DNA of 64,000 nucleotides from Octopus vulgaris (GCA_951406725.2 OX597817.1:57040001-57104000), one strand, 5' to 3'; positions 11,431-25,918 are shown, counted from the first letter of the stretch. The notes: generated by a model from the sequence alone, not told the origin. Numbers and translations: made by a program.

Positions 11431-13559
11431 ATAAAACGAGTCTGACAAAATGGTGGCGCCATTTCTTTTGGCGCTTTACGTTCTGAGTTCCACCGAGGTC
11501 GACTTTGCCTTCCATCCTCTCGACATCAATAAAACAAGTACAAGTTGCATACTGGAGTTGATCTGATCGATTGTCCCCCTTCCCCCTAAAGCTGTTGACC
11601 TTGTGCCAAAATTTAAAACCATTGTGTATCATGTTCCCTGCTTTAGTGTGTAAATAGATGGTCCTCCGTCGGTTTCGACGATAAGTATAGAGTTCTTCAA
11701 TCAATCGAATGACTAACTCTTTGAATTAACGTTTGATGGGGCTGTGTATACCGCAGTCATATGCACGGGTGTAGCCAGACGGGGCGATAGAGTCGGTCCG
11801 CTCCGGGCGGCACTTTTGGGTCTGCTGTCAGCAATATGTTTTTTCTGGGGTCTGGGGGCGGCACACACTCTAGCTACACTAAGGATCATATGTACCCTTG
11901 ATGTAATTCTCAAGGAACATCAGCCTAACACATTATGTGAACAGGGTAGATCTTTCAATTACAAGTGTAAGCCACCCGACAGACTCCTAAACACTTTCTG
12001 TCCACCCAAATCCACACAAAGTTTGTTGATGCCCGGAGCTGTGATAAAATACCCAAATACCTAGCTGTATGATCGAACCCGGAATCTCGTGATTACCAAA
12101 CGAACTTCTTAACTAGTCGATATGCTGCGTTTGTCTTTACTTAAAATATTTATATCGCCTTGCTATTTCCATCGGTTTGATCTCTGATTGTCCTCAGGCA
12201 ACAATTAATCAGATACCCGGGACGACGTTTAATTAAAATTATAAGCCAAGGGGACAACTTTCCTCACGGTCAATTAGCAGGGTGCTCAGGGCGTCGGGTA
12301 AAACGCTTCATGATATTTGTTCCAGCTGTTATTTGAGAGAAGCTTATCAGCTATCTCTAGCGGTGCAGAGGTTCCCTCGACAGCCAGAACTTACAGTGTA
12401 TCAGGGAATGGGTATCCGTGAGATAGCCTTCTTTTGGATATTGCCCGGGGTGAATATGTCTTGCAAGAACGATAGCGTAACAAATGTAAAAATAGTACCC
12501 CAGATTGCGACTTTTACTTAAAAACAAAAGATCAGAAATTGATCCAATCTTGATGTCCTGACGCTAAAGAAAGGAGCTCAGTTATGGGTCTTACATGAGT
12601 TTTGTGGAGGGGTCAGCAATTGATCAAAGCTGACACGTTGAAGAAATGTACACTTTGTGATGCTGCTTTGCCATCAACCCGCCCCCATTAAAGGACATTT
12701 TCAAAATTTATTTCTATAGACGTGGCGCATGTTTTCACATGAGGGGTGTAGATTGCGTGTGGCTGACATCCGTGTATAGAATGTTAAGAAGTATTGAAGG
12801 GTAACATAATCTATGAAGCAGCATGTTTGATTGAAAGCGATAAGAAATACATCATGACTGTACAAAGTGTGGCAGACATCAGTTAACCTTGAAGCAAACA
12901 CACTTCTGTCGTGATCATTCTATCCTAATTTTCATACATAATGTATCAATGACTACATTATCCAATGCATTCTTCCTTGAGGAAGATTTGGTTGCTATTT
13001 CTAGCAAGCTGAGCGATCACATATAGGCTCCCTTATAGGCTTGTCATTCAGTTGTCAACTTTCAACTGTTTAAGGGAAATATTAACCACACTGATCCCAT
13101 TGTTTCTGAGGACATGTTAAGGCCATGGGCAGTTTCTCTGTAAGTCAAGGGAACAGCTTTCCTCACTGGTCAAGAAGGTAGCCTCTCGTTACAGGCCATG
13201 GAATCAGCCATTCCTATGGGCCATGGATATAGCTCCTTCCTAAAGACCAACCCCTTTTAAAAATAACAAAATTATCATCTAAATAATAAGAGGTGACTGG
13301 GGTTCATATTTGCAGAACTTGAGGGACCCGTGCCAAACTAGGTTGAAGGCAGACATTTTATTGGAAAGAATGAGATGTAGTGACATTCATGCCTTTCTCA
13401 GATGTTCAGTGGTTCAGCAGCTTACTTGAAATGGATAAACATAAATCCGGAATGGAAACCAATCGATCTGTTCGATTTACAATGTGTTTAGTTCCATTCC
13501 ATGACAGTTTAACGGAAATGAATAAAACAGAATACACAAAGAATATTTTAAAAACTCAC

Positions 13560-13958
13560 TTTTTTAGCACATTCTCGGACGCTGTTGAGGTCTATAAAAT
13601 CCAAATGGACAACGCTTAACTTTTTCGGGTCGACACCGGTTGAATTTCGAATTTCATTGGCGACTTCCTCCGCTTTAGATAAATTCCTACAGGCCATGAT
13701 TACTTTGGCACCCTGCGCAACAAGATACTCGGCAATCGATCTACCTGTACCCGAAGTAGCTTCAGTAATGAGTATCGTTTTCCCATCCATTCGGAAGTGG
13801 TTTCTATAGTACTTGAAATGATAATGATGTCGGATTTTCGTCGTAATTTTGGAGAGAATATATAAGCAAAACGTTGTGATTATTAACAACAATATCGTGT
13901 AGAAAAGCATCGTAAAGATTTTTCCATTTCTATCGAAATAATTCACTGCAAGTGACAT
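13560..13958 (-). CDS. Retinol dehydrogenase 12/13-like SDR, exon 1
   Basis: ATG at 13958 (alternative 13910), N-terminal hydrophobic anchor, MDGKTILITEATSGTG...GAKVIMACRN...LDFIDLNSVRECAKK, donor |GTGAGT at 13559 (phase 0) joining exon 2 in frame; about 354 aa in total. Confidence 0.88.
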
Positions 13959-14659
13959 TATTACTTTTTGAAAAAAAGCTGCAAGCGCCGTATATTAATA
14001 TATCGAACGAATAACTCTCTCTGTCTCTCCTTTAGCTAATTCGAACGTCTGCTTCAGACAATATCAAAAACACAAATGTCTTAACGGATGAGGAAATGGT
14101 TTCTTTTTTAAAAAATGGAAGAGAAAGTGTTTTAAATTCTGTTTCAGTTGTAGAGACGCAGCCAGAGTGAAACATGTTTCTAACGTGACAATCTTCCACT
14201 CAGTACGCATCATCATCATCATGATGTATGTTCGTTTTTCTATGCTTTGTACGTATTTGTGTATCAACAACAAAACAAAACTGTTTATAAATTCTTTGTT
14301 CTATACTTCCAATTTCTTTATTAGCCACAAGGGCCCAAACATAAAGGGGGTCAACACGGCCTGATTGGGGTCAGACACACCATGATTATATGACTTTTAA
14401 AATTTTACAAAATATAATGAAATCGAATGAGATACAACAAGGACAAGAAATAAACATGAAATGAAGCAGAGAGATGGCTTACGCTCCGACCCCACGAGCC
14501 CCATTCTCCTACTGGAACTTTTGTATACAGACTTATGATATGTTCACGAGGAATCTTTCATTCCCAGCACCCTCGCAACATGCAACCATCTTTCTTTGAA
14601 CATTTTCTTTGACAGGCATCTTCTCTCCAGCCTCACCTTCCTTTTAAGGTGGAAGATAA

Positions 14660-15420
14660 AAAAATCTTTGTGCTATACTTCTCTGAAACTTGGACACGTC
14701 ACAAATATCACTTCGAACTCCTGAGACTATTCTATCAAACATGTTTACGTCCTATGCTGAAAATAAAATGGAAACCTTTCAAATCTAACTCCGATGTTCC
14801 GGCTGCATCTGGTCGCTTCCAAGCAATAATTTTGAAAAAATCAACTGCGATGGTCTGGAAATATTGTCTGCACGGAGGACGAGCCAACCTCGAAGCAATT
14901 GTTCTCTGGTGAAATTGTTCAGGAAAATAAAGTGTGTGATATAAAGAAAAAGGTTCAGGCAACGGATCGCCCAACCTGGCGTTCAAAAAGATAGAATGGT
15001 GTGAAAACGTTTGAGTAAAACAGGCGAATACGAGTAATTGTCAAGAGGAAAATAAGAAAAAAAAAACCAGTTACGAAGCTTGAACTTGATTGACGTAATT
15101 TGTACATATTGTGATAAAACCTGTCTGTTTGGAGCTGGACTTAAATCTCACATAAGAGCACAAAATAGGGCACTTCCTGCTGATTATAGAACATCGTTAT
15201 GGTTGTCCTTATCAACGCCACATATGCCACAGGATCTTCCAATCTGAAAGAAGTTTGAAGAAACAATTCAAGGTTCAACAAGATGAATCACCAGAGGCAG
15301 TTAAAACTACACCAAAACTAGATTGCAATTTATGTGGACGTTTTTTTCAAAATATGTCTGATTTTCAAAAAAACCACGTACGATCTCATGGCAGGATTGA
15401 GAATCGTACACACTGAGACG
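14660..15420 (+). mobile_element. RTE-clade LINE 3' remnant with C-terminal C2H2-like zinc fingers
   Basis: Frameshifted translation includes NQLRWSGNIVCTEDEPTSKQLFSGE (RTE QLRWxGH...PKQLFYGEL motif), then CTYCDKTCLFGAGLKSHIRA, RHICHRIFQSERSLKKQ and CNLCGRFFQNMSDFQKNHVRSH. Confidence 0.75.
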
Positions 15421-15627
15421 GGGAAGCCTTGCATAGAGCGGAAAATCATCATATATATACATACATACATACATACATGCATATATTCAAATGCATAAAT
15501 ATAATATGTGTATATATGTGTGTGTGTATGTGTGTGTGTGTACTATATTTATACACACACACGCGCACAGATATACATATGTGTGTATAAAAATATTCAT
15601 AATTTATGTGTGTATATATGCACATGT

Positions 15628-15938
15628 GGAGGCGCAATGGCCCAGTGGTTAGGGCAGCGGACTCGTGGTCGTAGGATCGCGGTTTCGATTCCCAGACCGG
15701 GCTTTGTGAGTGTTTATTGAGCGAAAAACACCTAAAGCTCCACGACGCTCCGGCAGGGGGTGGTGGCGATCCCTGCTGTACTCTTTCGTCGCAATTTTCT
15801 CTCACTCTTTCTTCTGTTGGCCTGCTCGCTTAGCCAGCGGGGTGGCATCATTTGAAGGCTAAAACAATGCGAAGCGCATTGTGACCAGCGTTGTGTAGCA
15901 GCATCTGATAGCCTGGTCGGTCACGTGATCACGTGATA
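15628..15938 (+). mobile_element. tRNA-derived SINE family C (tail type 1)
   Basis: GGAGGCGCAATGGCCCAGTGGTTAGGGCAGCGGACTCG...GGTTTCGATTCCC head (A and B boxes) shared with 28338 and 47647. Confidence 0.85.
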
Positions 15939-16869
15939 TATGCACATATAAATGTGTGTGTATATGTGTGAGTTAATATATGTCTGTGTGCAAGGCAAGC
16001 ACACACACACACAAGACAGCATAGATCACAGGAAGTAAAATGAATTTCAATCTTATAAAGACTCGCGGTGAATTAAGAAAGACAACTATAAACACTTCTT
16101 TTTATACAATTGATGCGCAGAAAATAAAAGGGATGAAGTCTCCTGACGGACCGTTTCATAGTTTGTTGACTGTTCCTTAGAAAAGACCTAGCTGGCTTCC
16201 TTCCTCAGTCAATAGCATGGAGATGTTACTGGCCTCCCTGAGTTAGTTCTTTAAACTTATTTTAGTTTCTCAAATTTGCGTGTATATAAGTATGTAGCTG
16301 GGTCGGTACGTACGTAGGTAGACGTATGTATGTTATTATTCAATTTTATTTCAAGATTTCTTGCCAATAAAGATCCGGTTTTGAACCTAGATCCAAGGCG
16401 CCTTCATTTGAATTTCATCATCAACAACAGGGTATTTTTATATGTATGTATGTATGCATGCATGCATGCATGTATAATCGAACTCCCTTCACAATATCCT
16501 GTCACTCATATTATTGCATCTGAACCTCAAGGGTATGCCCTGACACTTGCCACTATTTCTCTTCCTTTTCTCAACCATCTCATTTATACTTTGATTCCTG
16601 TTCCTTCTGAGCATGCCCGGCATTTTGCCACCATCTCCATCCTGCGGTCTCCTGCTCTCTCTCCCCACCTCTCTCTCTCCTTCTCCTGCACTTTCCTCAT
16701 GCTGGGCAAATGTGTATTTTCTTTGCGGCAGCGCATTTCTTTCTGTCTTCATTCTTGATCTTTCTCTCTCCGGCCGAGTACTTCGTCTTCAGCAAGACAA
16801 CTACATCTGTCTCACCATCGCCTCCTTCAATGCCTCCTCTCCTCTTAAAAGATTTTGTCTTGGAAGTAC

Positions 16870-17175
16870 TTGGTGACCCTTGGTGACACTTAAAAGCATC
16901 CACTCCTCACTGTAAAGTGGTTGGTGTTCGGAAGAGCATTCTACTGTAAAACAAAAACCTTGCCAAAACTGACCTCGCCTGTGCTTGTGCCGCATAACAA
17001 GCACTAAGTCCACTCTGTTGAATGGTTGGTGTTATAAAGGGCATCCAGCTGTAAAAATCCTGCCAAAACAATCACAGAAGTCCGGTGCAGGCTTCGGCCT
17101 GACCGGCATTTGTGGTACAACCCCACCCATGCTAGCATGGAACACGGACTTTAAATGATGATGATAATGATGATG
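16870..17175 (+). mobile_element. SINE family D (Meta-domain-like, (GAT)n tail), internally duplicated
   Basis: TGGTTGG...AAGGGCATCCAGCTGTAAAA core and CCCATGCTAGCATGGAA...AAATGATGATG tail; also at 41735, 55255, 56060 and 61915. Confidence 0.75.
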
Positions 17176-17220
17176 TATTCTCATGCATATAGTTGCATAT
17201 CTAGACATGCTCATTTATAT

Positions 17221-17560
17221 TTAAATGATAAACTTCGGGAAAGTTTTAGAGATTTTTACAGCTCCATTGATGGATTGGATCCGTGGCCTTCGAATTAGCT
17301 TTCTCCTTTCTGATTTTGAGAAGCCTAATTTCTCAAGATTGGTATTTCGGCAGTGTGTTACATATCCCAGGGCCCCAATAATTACAGGTATAAACCTGAA
17401 CTTGTAATCTCGATAGAGTAACTGCAAAGATCTCAATAGTTCAGCATAGGTGTTCTCTTTTTCACTGATCTTCAGTTTTATGTTAATATCCGCTGAGCAG
17501 CTAATTCCCACAACAGTCCACAGTTTCTCTTCTCTATTCCAAAGCATTATATCATGTATG
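17221..17560 (-). mobile_element. 3' end of a restriction-like-endonuclease LINE (R4/Dong- or NeSL-like)
   Basis: DIMLWNREEK...ISCSADINIKLKISEKENTYAEL...FIPVIIGALGYV matches the PD-(D/E)xK RLE domain (K..KY..L, PxIIGALG). Confidence 0.75.
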
Positions 17561-18212
17561 TATGTATGGATGGATAGATGGATGGATATATGTACATCAG
17601 GTTACTCTAAGTGCTACTGGTAACACGTAACGCAGTACAACCTGCCGCATGATCGAGCTGTCAGCGACTAATCCGGCAACCCTATCGAGCCTGCCTGGTA
17701 AGGCGGATGATTTTTGTTGGACACCCAGCAGGACGAAAAGGAAAACTAAAAAAAAAACAAAAACGGATGAACTCAATAGAGTCAACGGCTGAACAACAGC
17801 TGGGAGTGAGAGACCCCTTAGTTTCTTCTTGGACAAGGAAAACACTGATACGACACCTGCATCTTTGTTTGTATCGCTATGTCCTCCGCTTCCGTTCGGG
17901 GACATAGAAATACCGGATGTAACGCCCAGGCGCGCGATAAACCAGAGAAGTGTCATTGCCTAAACATCCGTTGAAGCAAATATCAAGAATGAAATTCCGG
18001 AATAACAGCCACCTCGTTGTAAAACCGGAGGTGTCGCTCTTACTGGTTTCTGGACTATATGGCTTTGTAGGTGAGAGCCTTGGCGACGTTGTGCAAGCTG
18101 TTTATTGACTTTTAAACTTCAGCACGGCCATTGCTGTCAGCCATTGTGTTCAACATCCAGGATAAGATAAATTGTCAGTGACGATCACGCTCGTCTAACG
18201 AGTTGACAGCCA

Positions 18213-18251
<39 letters not shown>

Positions 18252-18690
18252 TGTCTGTGTGTCCCCACTCGTGTGTGTATGATTATATTCACCTGTCTAT
18301 ATCGATATTTCAGTTTACAACATAGCTTTCACATTGATTGAAGCCAAACAATATCACCGTAATAAACCTTCAATCAGAGCCATGATGTTTATTGCTTTAT
18401 TTATTTTTTTTTTTTACCTTTCTTCGTGTCCTTAATGCTTTCAATTAAGAAGCTTGTTGCTATTGTTGTTGTCGCTGTCCTAATGTTCTTAAAAAATACG
18501 TGTATTTCGATTTTTTTTGTAAAAGTCTCACAACGAGATACTAGCAAAGTCACACTTTAAAAGCGAAAACAAAAATATAAATAATTCTAATAAATCGGGA
18601 ATAGTTATGAAGATATATATACACACACACACATAATACATAGATTAATAGATAGATAAAACTTACTTGGAAATGGATGCGTGGTGTTCG

Positions 18691-18724
<34 letters not shown>

Positions 18725-18725
<1 letters not shown>

Positions 18726-18959
18726 CGAAGTAAACACATAAATGTGAAACAAGGTGGAAAAAAGCGTACTCAAATACCAGTGGTAGAGTAATATGCTTTA
18801 TTTAAAACAGCAGAAAATTCAACAAAACCTGTTACTCTGAGTTTCCCGTTGCCGTTCATCGGATAGTTTTTGCTAGATTCTAGCAAAAACTGTCCGATGA
18901 ACGGCAACGGGAAACTCAGAGTAACAGGTTTTGTTGAATTTTCTGCGTTTTTAAATAAA

Positions 18960-18963
<4 letters not shown>
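18725..18963. mobile_element. Fold-back PLE-end insertion with hammerhead-like motif in both arms
   Basis: Near-perfect hairpin (about 18787-18875 vs 18880-18963) inside (TA)n; each arm reads CTGT-CCGATGA-ACG-GCAA-CGG-GAAAC-TCAGA-GTA-ACAG. Confidence 0.75.
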
Positions 18964-18998
<35 letters not shown>

Positions 18999-19251
18999 TA
19001 TCGAATATAGCGCCAATGACGGAATTCAAACTGTTTCCACGTTTGCGATCCAGAAACATATGTCCGCTATTAACGGTAAGTGGTTGAATTCGTATATTTG
19101 CCACTCCGGTTTTGTGTATGTGAGCCGTAAGGGCCTTCGTTTTTGGATTCTCCACTTATAGAAATTGGAAAAACGGTCTTTGACTGCCATTTCTAATTCC
19201 TTCGGTATGAGGTGAAACAGCCTGCTGTTAGCCTTCTTATTTTTTCTTTAC

Positions 19252-19668
<417 letters not shown>

Positions 19669-19685
19669 ATTTATTATATAGAAGG

Positions 19686-19736
19686 AGCTTCTACAGGACT
19701 AGTACTGTTTCATTCAAGAGAAATCTTCAGGAAGCT
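19686..19736 (-). ncRNA. Type I hammerhead ribozyme (PLE-associated), left-arm copy
   Basis: Exact reverse complement of 26744-26794. Confidence 0.8.
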
Positions 19737-20112
19737 ATTTAACAAGAATTGTATTAGCATTTATACATTTAGAGGAGTGGTGGTGGGGGACTTTTTGGGG
19801 GTAGGCATAGCGCAAAATATCATACTTGGGGGAGTGGTCAAGGTAATAAAAAAATAAAAAAATAAAAAATAAAAAAATAAAAAGATAAAATAAAAGAATA
19901 AAAATAAAAAATATAAAAAATATAAAAAATATAAAAAATATAAAAAATATATATAAAAAAATATATAAAAAAATATATATATAAAATATATATATAAAAT
20001 ATATATATAAAAAAAGGGGGATAGAGTTATAGGTAAATAAGGAGATTCTCACTTATACCTATACACACATGTATACGTATCTACACACACATACGCACAT
20101 ACACATATATCT

Positions 20113-20157
<45 letters not shown>

Positions 20158-20539
20158 CATACCTACACATACACACATACATACATACAAATATACATAT
20201 ACATATATATATATACAATCCAATACAGGCCCATTCCCTAATTTTAATTTTATTATCTTCATTTATTACTTTTGTTATCTTTGATCGCTAAGGCTAAGAA
20301 TCCTGGCAATAGCTGCTTGTCCATTTGTCTGTCTACTAGAAGGCAAGTACTCATTCCCGCACGCACACTCATTAGCACGTACATTCACCCATTCGTACAC
20401 TCATACACATACACGTACGCACGCGTTATATTCATACATACAAACATCTACATACGTTCACGTATATACACATACGTACTCGTACCTACAGATTCGTGTC
20501 TACACTTTAGGAGGCTAGTCTATACATATACACCAATAA

Positions 20540-20572
<33 letters not shown>

Positions 20573-20624
20573 CCCGCATATACATACACACACACACATA
20601 TATACTCCTACATACAGATACATA

Positions 20625-20664
<40 letters not shown>

Positions 20665-20868
20665 TACATATATATATATACATACATACACATACATACA
20701 CATACACACATACACACACATACATACACATATATATACATACACAAACATATATACACACACATATATATACATACACACATACACACATACATACGTA
20801 TACATACATACATACATCTATACATCCATACTTACATGCATTTATACGCATACACACACCCATCTATA

Positions 20869-20907
<39 letters not shown>

Positions 20908-21186
20908 TCACACATACATATACAAATCTACGCACACACATACATACATACACGTATACGCATACACGCACATACACATATACATGCGTACCCATACACG
21001 TGCACACACGCACGCGCATCCATATAAATACACACACACACATATATATATACACGTGTGCAAGCATACATACATACTCATACGCGCACACATACTTACA
21101 AATACATATATGCACACACTTACACACATATATATACATACACATATACATGCATACATACATATATGCATACATACACACACGCA

Positions 21187-21240
<54 letters not shown>

Positions 21241-21860
21241 TATATACATACATAGACATATATACACATACATACACATACACATACGTACACACACATA
21301 TACACATATATATATATACATATATATATATATACACACATATACGCATACATATATACACATATACATACATATACATACACACACACATACATATATA
21401 CATATACACTGATACACATACCCATACATACACATGCATATACTTATATTACTACATACTCACATATATAGACATATATACATATACACACATACATATA
21501 TACATGTACATACACATACGCATGCATATATATATATATATACATACATATATATACACATATATATATATATATATACATATACACACACACACACACA
21601 TACATATACACATATACATGTATACATACGCAAAAATGATACGCATATATACACATACACACACACAGACAGATGCATATACATACATATATATATATAT
21701 AAACTACATATCTATATAAATACATACATAATACACATATACACACACATATATATACATTCATGCATATACATATACAAGTATACATACACAAACATAC
21801 ACACACACGCGCACACATACATATACACACACACATATACAAATACATACATACACACAT

Positions 21861-21895
<35 letters not shown>

Positions 21896-22589
21896 CATAC
21901 ATGTACACATATACATATGTATATATATATCAACAAGGGGGGTAAAGTTAATTAGTTATTAATCAATTTCATCAAGTGTTCAGTATGTAAAGGGACCATT
22001 ATTATTTTGAGTAAACAATGTTAGAGGGAAAAAAATTCTCTAAGTAGTGGAAGAGGCTAAAAAACTTTATTGGCTGCTATTTCTAGAAAGTTTAGTATGT
22101 GGCAAAGTAATTTATTTTATTTTCCTAAGCCCTAATTATATAATATTTTATACATACATACACATACATAAGCACATACATTTACACATACATATGCATA
22201 TACATATATACACATATACATACAAACACATATACACATATACACACACACACACATACAAGCACATACATATATATATACATATATATACACATATATA
22301 TACACATATATATATATATATATATATACATGCAAACATATATACATATATATTTTTTTACATGCATACATACACACACACACACATAATACATGCGTAT
22401 ATTCCTACTGTACCCATGCATTTCTATACATATATACATACATACATACGATACACATATACAAGCGTGCACATATAATATGCGTGCACATATAATATGT
22501 GAAAGGTCTTAGGAGAAAAGGTAATCGGGGGTGCTAGGGGAACAGTGGGGTTGGGGGGGGTTGTAGGGGGGTTGTAGGGGGGGTTGTCA

Positions 22590-23772
22590 TCAATCAGGTT
22601 GCCGGGTAGGTCTATAGTTCTTGTAGTTCGCATACTTCTTATGCATACAGTTTGGGGAGTGTTCTGAAAATTTGTTAAGGAGAGGGCCTTTGGCGAACAA
22701 GATCTCTAGGCTCTCTGATATGCATAGGTCACAGCAGGTATGTCCTCCTGTGTACGAGCGCGCCTTCTGTAGTAGTTTCCACTTGGTCTTGAAGGGGATT
22801 GAGTTCCTTTTAAGGTACCAGATGTGGGCGGCGAGGGTAGTTTGGTTGGATTTATCCTGTCGCCGGAACGAGTGTGTATGTGCATACCAGCGGGTCTTAA
22901 AGCTGTTTGACGTCATTCCAATGTAGGATTTACTTTTATCGTCAAGGCCTGATCTTACCTCGCATTTATATACTAGGTCCCTCTGTAGGCAGTTGTTGTT
23001 GAGGGGGCAGGTGGTTTTATCATGGCAGTTGCAATTGCTATCGGACGTTGGATGGGCCCCGGAGAAAGTAGATATGTTAAGTTTTTTCACATTGTTGTTG
23101 GCTAAGTTCCTGGCTAGGTTGGGCGTGGTAGAGTAGGAGAGTCTAATAGTGTTCTTATTTAGGATAGTGTAGTACTTATGTTGGGTGGGGAAGTGTTTCT
23201 GTAGGAGAGTGAAAAAGATCTTAGCTACAGGTGTAGCGACCTCACGGTTGAAGGGGGGTTATACCAGCTAATGTGTCTTCGTCTATTTTTCCTGGGTTGG
23301 CGTGGGGCTATACTAGTGTAGGTAATCTTATCTTTAAAACCACTGCGGGCCAGGGCCTCGTTGTAATAGGGGGCTGCGGCCTTAAAGATATCTTCCGTGG
23401 CGGACAGGCTAGAGATTCTAATTGAGACACTTTTTACTAGGTTATCTAATATATTTCTGGGGTGGTTGGAATTGATATCTATATATCTAAGGGATTCATT
23501 TGGTTTGTGGTACGGGTAATAAAGTGAGGTTTTTAAGTCGAGGGTGACATCTAGGAAGTTAGCCTTAGTTAAGTTGGATTCTAGGGTAATCCTAAGGCCT
23601 AAGTTTTTAAAGAAGGTGTGAAGATTTTTCCGGAACCCATCCGTGGTCCTGGGGTTTATATTGTGGAGGGCGAAAAGGCCGTCATCTCGGTAAAGACCAC
23701 CGGAGAGGCCTGTGAATAGGGTTTTCAGCCTATGGAGGATGAAAAGGCCCACTAGGTCACTTATTTCAGCAC
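22590..23772 (-). pseudogene. PLE reverse transcriptase (partial) plus GIY-YIG endonuclease, one frameshift
   Basis: SAEISDLVGLFIL...GLYRDDGL...NFLDVTLDL...YHKPN...SNHP...WYNPP; a 1-nt shift in the G6 run at 23253-23258 restores FNREVATPVAKIFFTLLQKHFP...LSYS...CNCHDKTTCPLNNNC...LVYKCEV...YIGMT...FKTRW...CDLC...CMH. Confidence 0.9.
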
Positions 23773-24554
23773 TTATTACAAATTTTCAGAACACTCCCCA
23801 AACTGTATGCATAAGAAGTATGCGAACTACAAGAACTATAGACCTACCCGGCAACCTGATTGATGACAACCCCCCCTACAACCCCCCCCCCAACCCCACT
23901 GTTCCCCTAGCACCCCGATTACCTTTTCTCCTAAGACCTTTCACATATTATATGTGCACGCATATTATATGTGCACGCTTGTATATGTGTATCGTATGTA
24001 TGTATGTATATATGTATAGAAATGCATGGGTACAGTAGGAATATACGCATGTATTATGTGTGTGTGTGTGTATGTATGCATGTAAAAAAATATATATGTA
24101 TATATGTTTGCATGTATATATATATATATATATATATGTGTATATATATGTGTATATATATGTATATATATATGTATGTGCTTGTATGTGTGTGTGTGTG
24201 TATATGTGTATATGTGTTTGTATGTATATGTGTATATATGTATATGCATATGTATGTGTAAATGTATGTGCTTATGTATGTGTATGTATGTATAAAATAT
24301 TATATAATTAGGGCTTAGGAAAATAAAATAAATTACTTTGCCACATACTAAACTTTCTAGAAATAGCAGCCAATAAAGTTTTTTAGCCTCTTCCACTACT
24401 TAGAGAATTTTTTTCCCTCTAACATTGTTTACTCAAAATAATAATGGTCCCTTTACATACTGAACACTTGATGAAATTGATTAATAACTAATTAACTTTA
24501 CCCCCCCTTGTTGATATATATATACATATGTATATGTGTACATGTATGTATATG

Positions 24555-24587
<33 letters not shown>

Positions 24588-24866
24588 ATGTGTGTATGTA
24601 TGTATTTGTATATGTGTGTGTGTATATGTATGTGTGCGCGTGTGTGTGTATGTTTGTGTATGTATACTTGTATATGTATATGCATGAATGTATATATATG
24701 TGTGTGTATATGTGTATTATGTATGTATTTATATAGATATGTAGTTTATATATATATATATGTATGTATATGCATCTGTCTGTGTGTGTGTATGTGTATA
24801 TATGCGTATCATTTTTGCGTATGTATACATGTATATGTGTATATGTATGTGTGTGTGTGTGTATGT

Positions 24867-24897
<31 letters not shown>

Positions 24898-25117
24898 TAT
24901 ATATATGTATGTATATATATATATATATGCATGCGTATGTGTATGTACATGTATATATGTATGTGTGTATATGTATATATGTCTATATATGTGAGTATGT
25001 AGTAATATAAGTATATGCATGTGTATGTATGGGTATGTGTATCAGTGTATATGTATATATGTATGTGTGTGTGTATGTATATGTATGTATATGTGTATAT
25101 ATGTATGCGTATATGTG

Positions 25118-25148
<31 letters not shown>

Positions 25149-25211
25149 GTGTATATGTGTGTGTACGTATGTGTATGTGTATGTATGTGTATATATGTCT
25201 ATGTATGTATA

Positions 25212-25275
<64 letters not shown>

Positions 25276-25556
25276 TGCGTGTGTGTATGTATGCATATAT
25301 GTATGTATGCATGTATATGTGTATGTATATATATGTGTGTAAGTGTGTGCATATATGTATTTGTAAGTATGTGTGCGCGTATGAGTATGTATGTATGCTT
25401 GCACACGTGTATATATATATATGTGTGTGTGTGTATTTATATGGATGCGCGTGCGTGTGTGCACGTGTATGGGTACGCATGTATATGTGTATGTGCGTGT
25501 ATGCGTATACGTGTATGTATGTATGTGTGTGCGTAGATTTGTATATGTATGTGTGA

Positions 25557-25599
<43 letters not shown>

Positions 25600-25795
25600 T
25601 GGGTGTGTGTATGCGTATAAATGCATGTAAGTATGGATGTATAGATGTATGTATGTATGTATACGTATGTATGTGTGTATGTGTGTATGTATATATATGT
25701 GTGTGTATATATGTTTGTGTATGTATATATATGTGTATGTATGTGTGTGTATGTGTGTATGTGTATGTATGTGTATGTATGTATATATATATGTA

Positions 25796-25835
<40 letters not shown>

Positions 25836-25887
25836 TATGTATCTGTATGTAGGAGTATATATGTGTGTGTGTGTATGTATATGCGGG

Positions 25888-25918
<31 letters not shown>

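Noticed and set aside
17597-18200. GC-richer non-repetitive stretch with short ORFs, possible LTR or exon
   Set aside because: No recognisable domain, TG...CA boundaries, PBS or second copy in the window.
18965-19250. Possible tyrosine-recombinase (Crypton/DIRS) fragment, LTAH...SGH
   Set aside because: The HxxR motif is incomplete and the similarity is too weak to support by eye.
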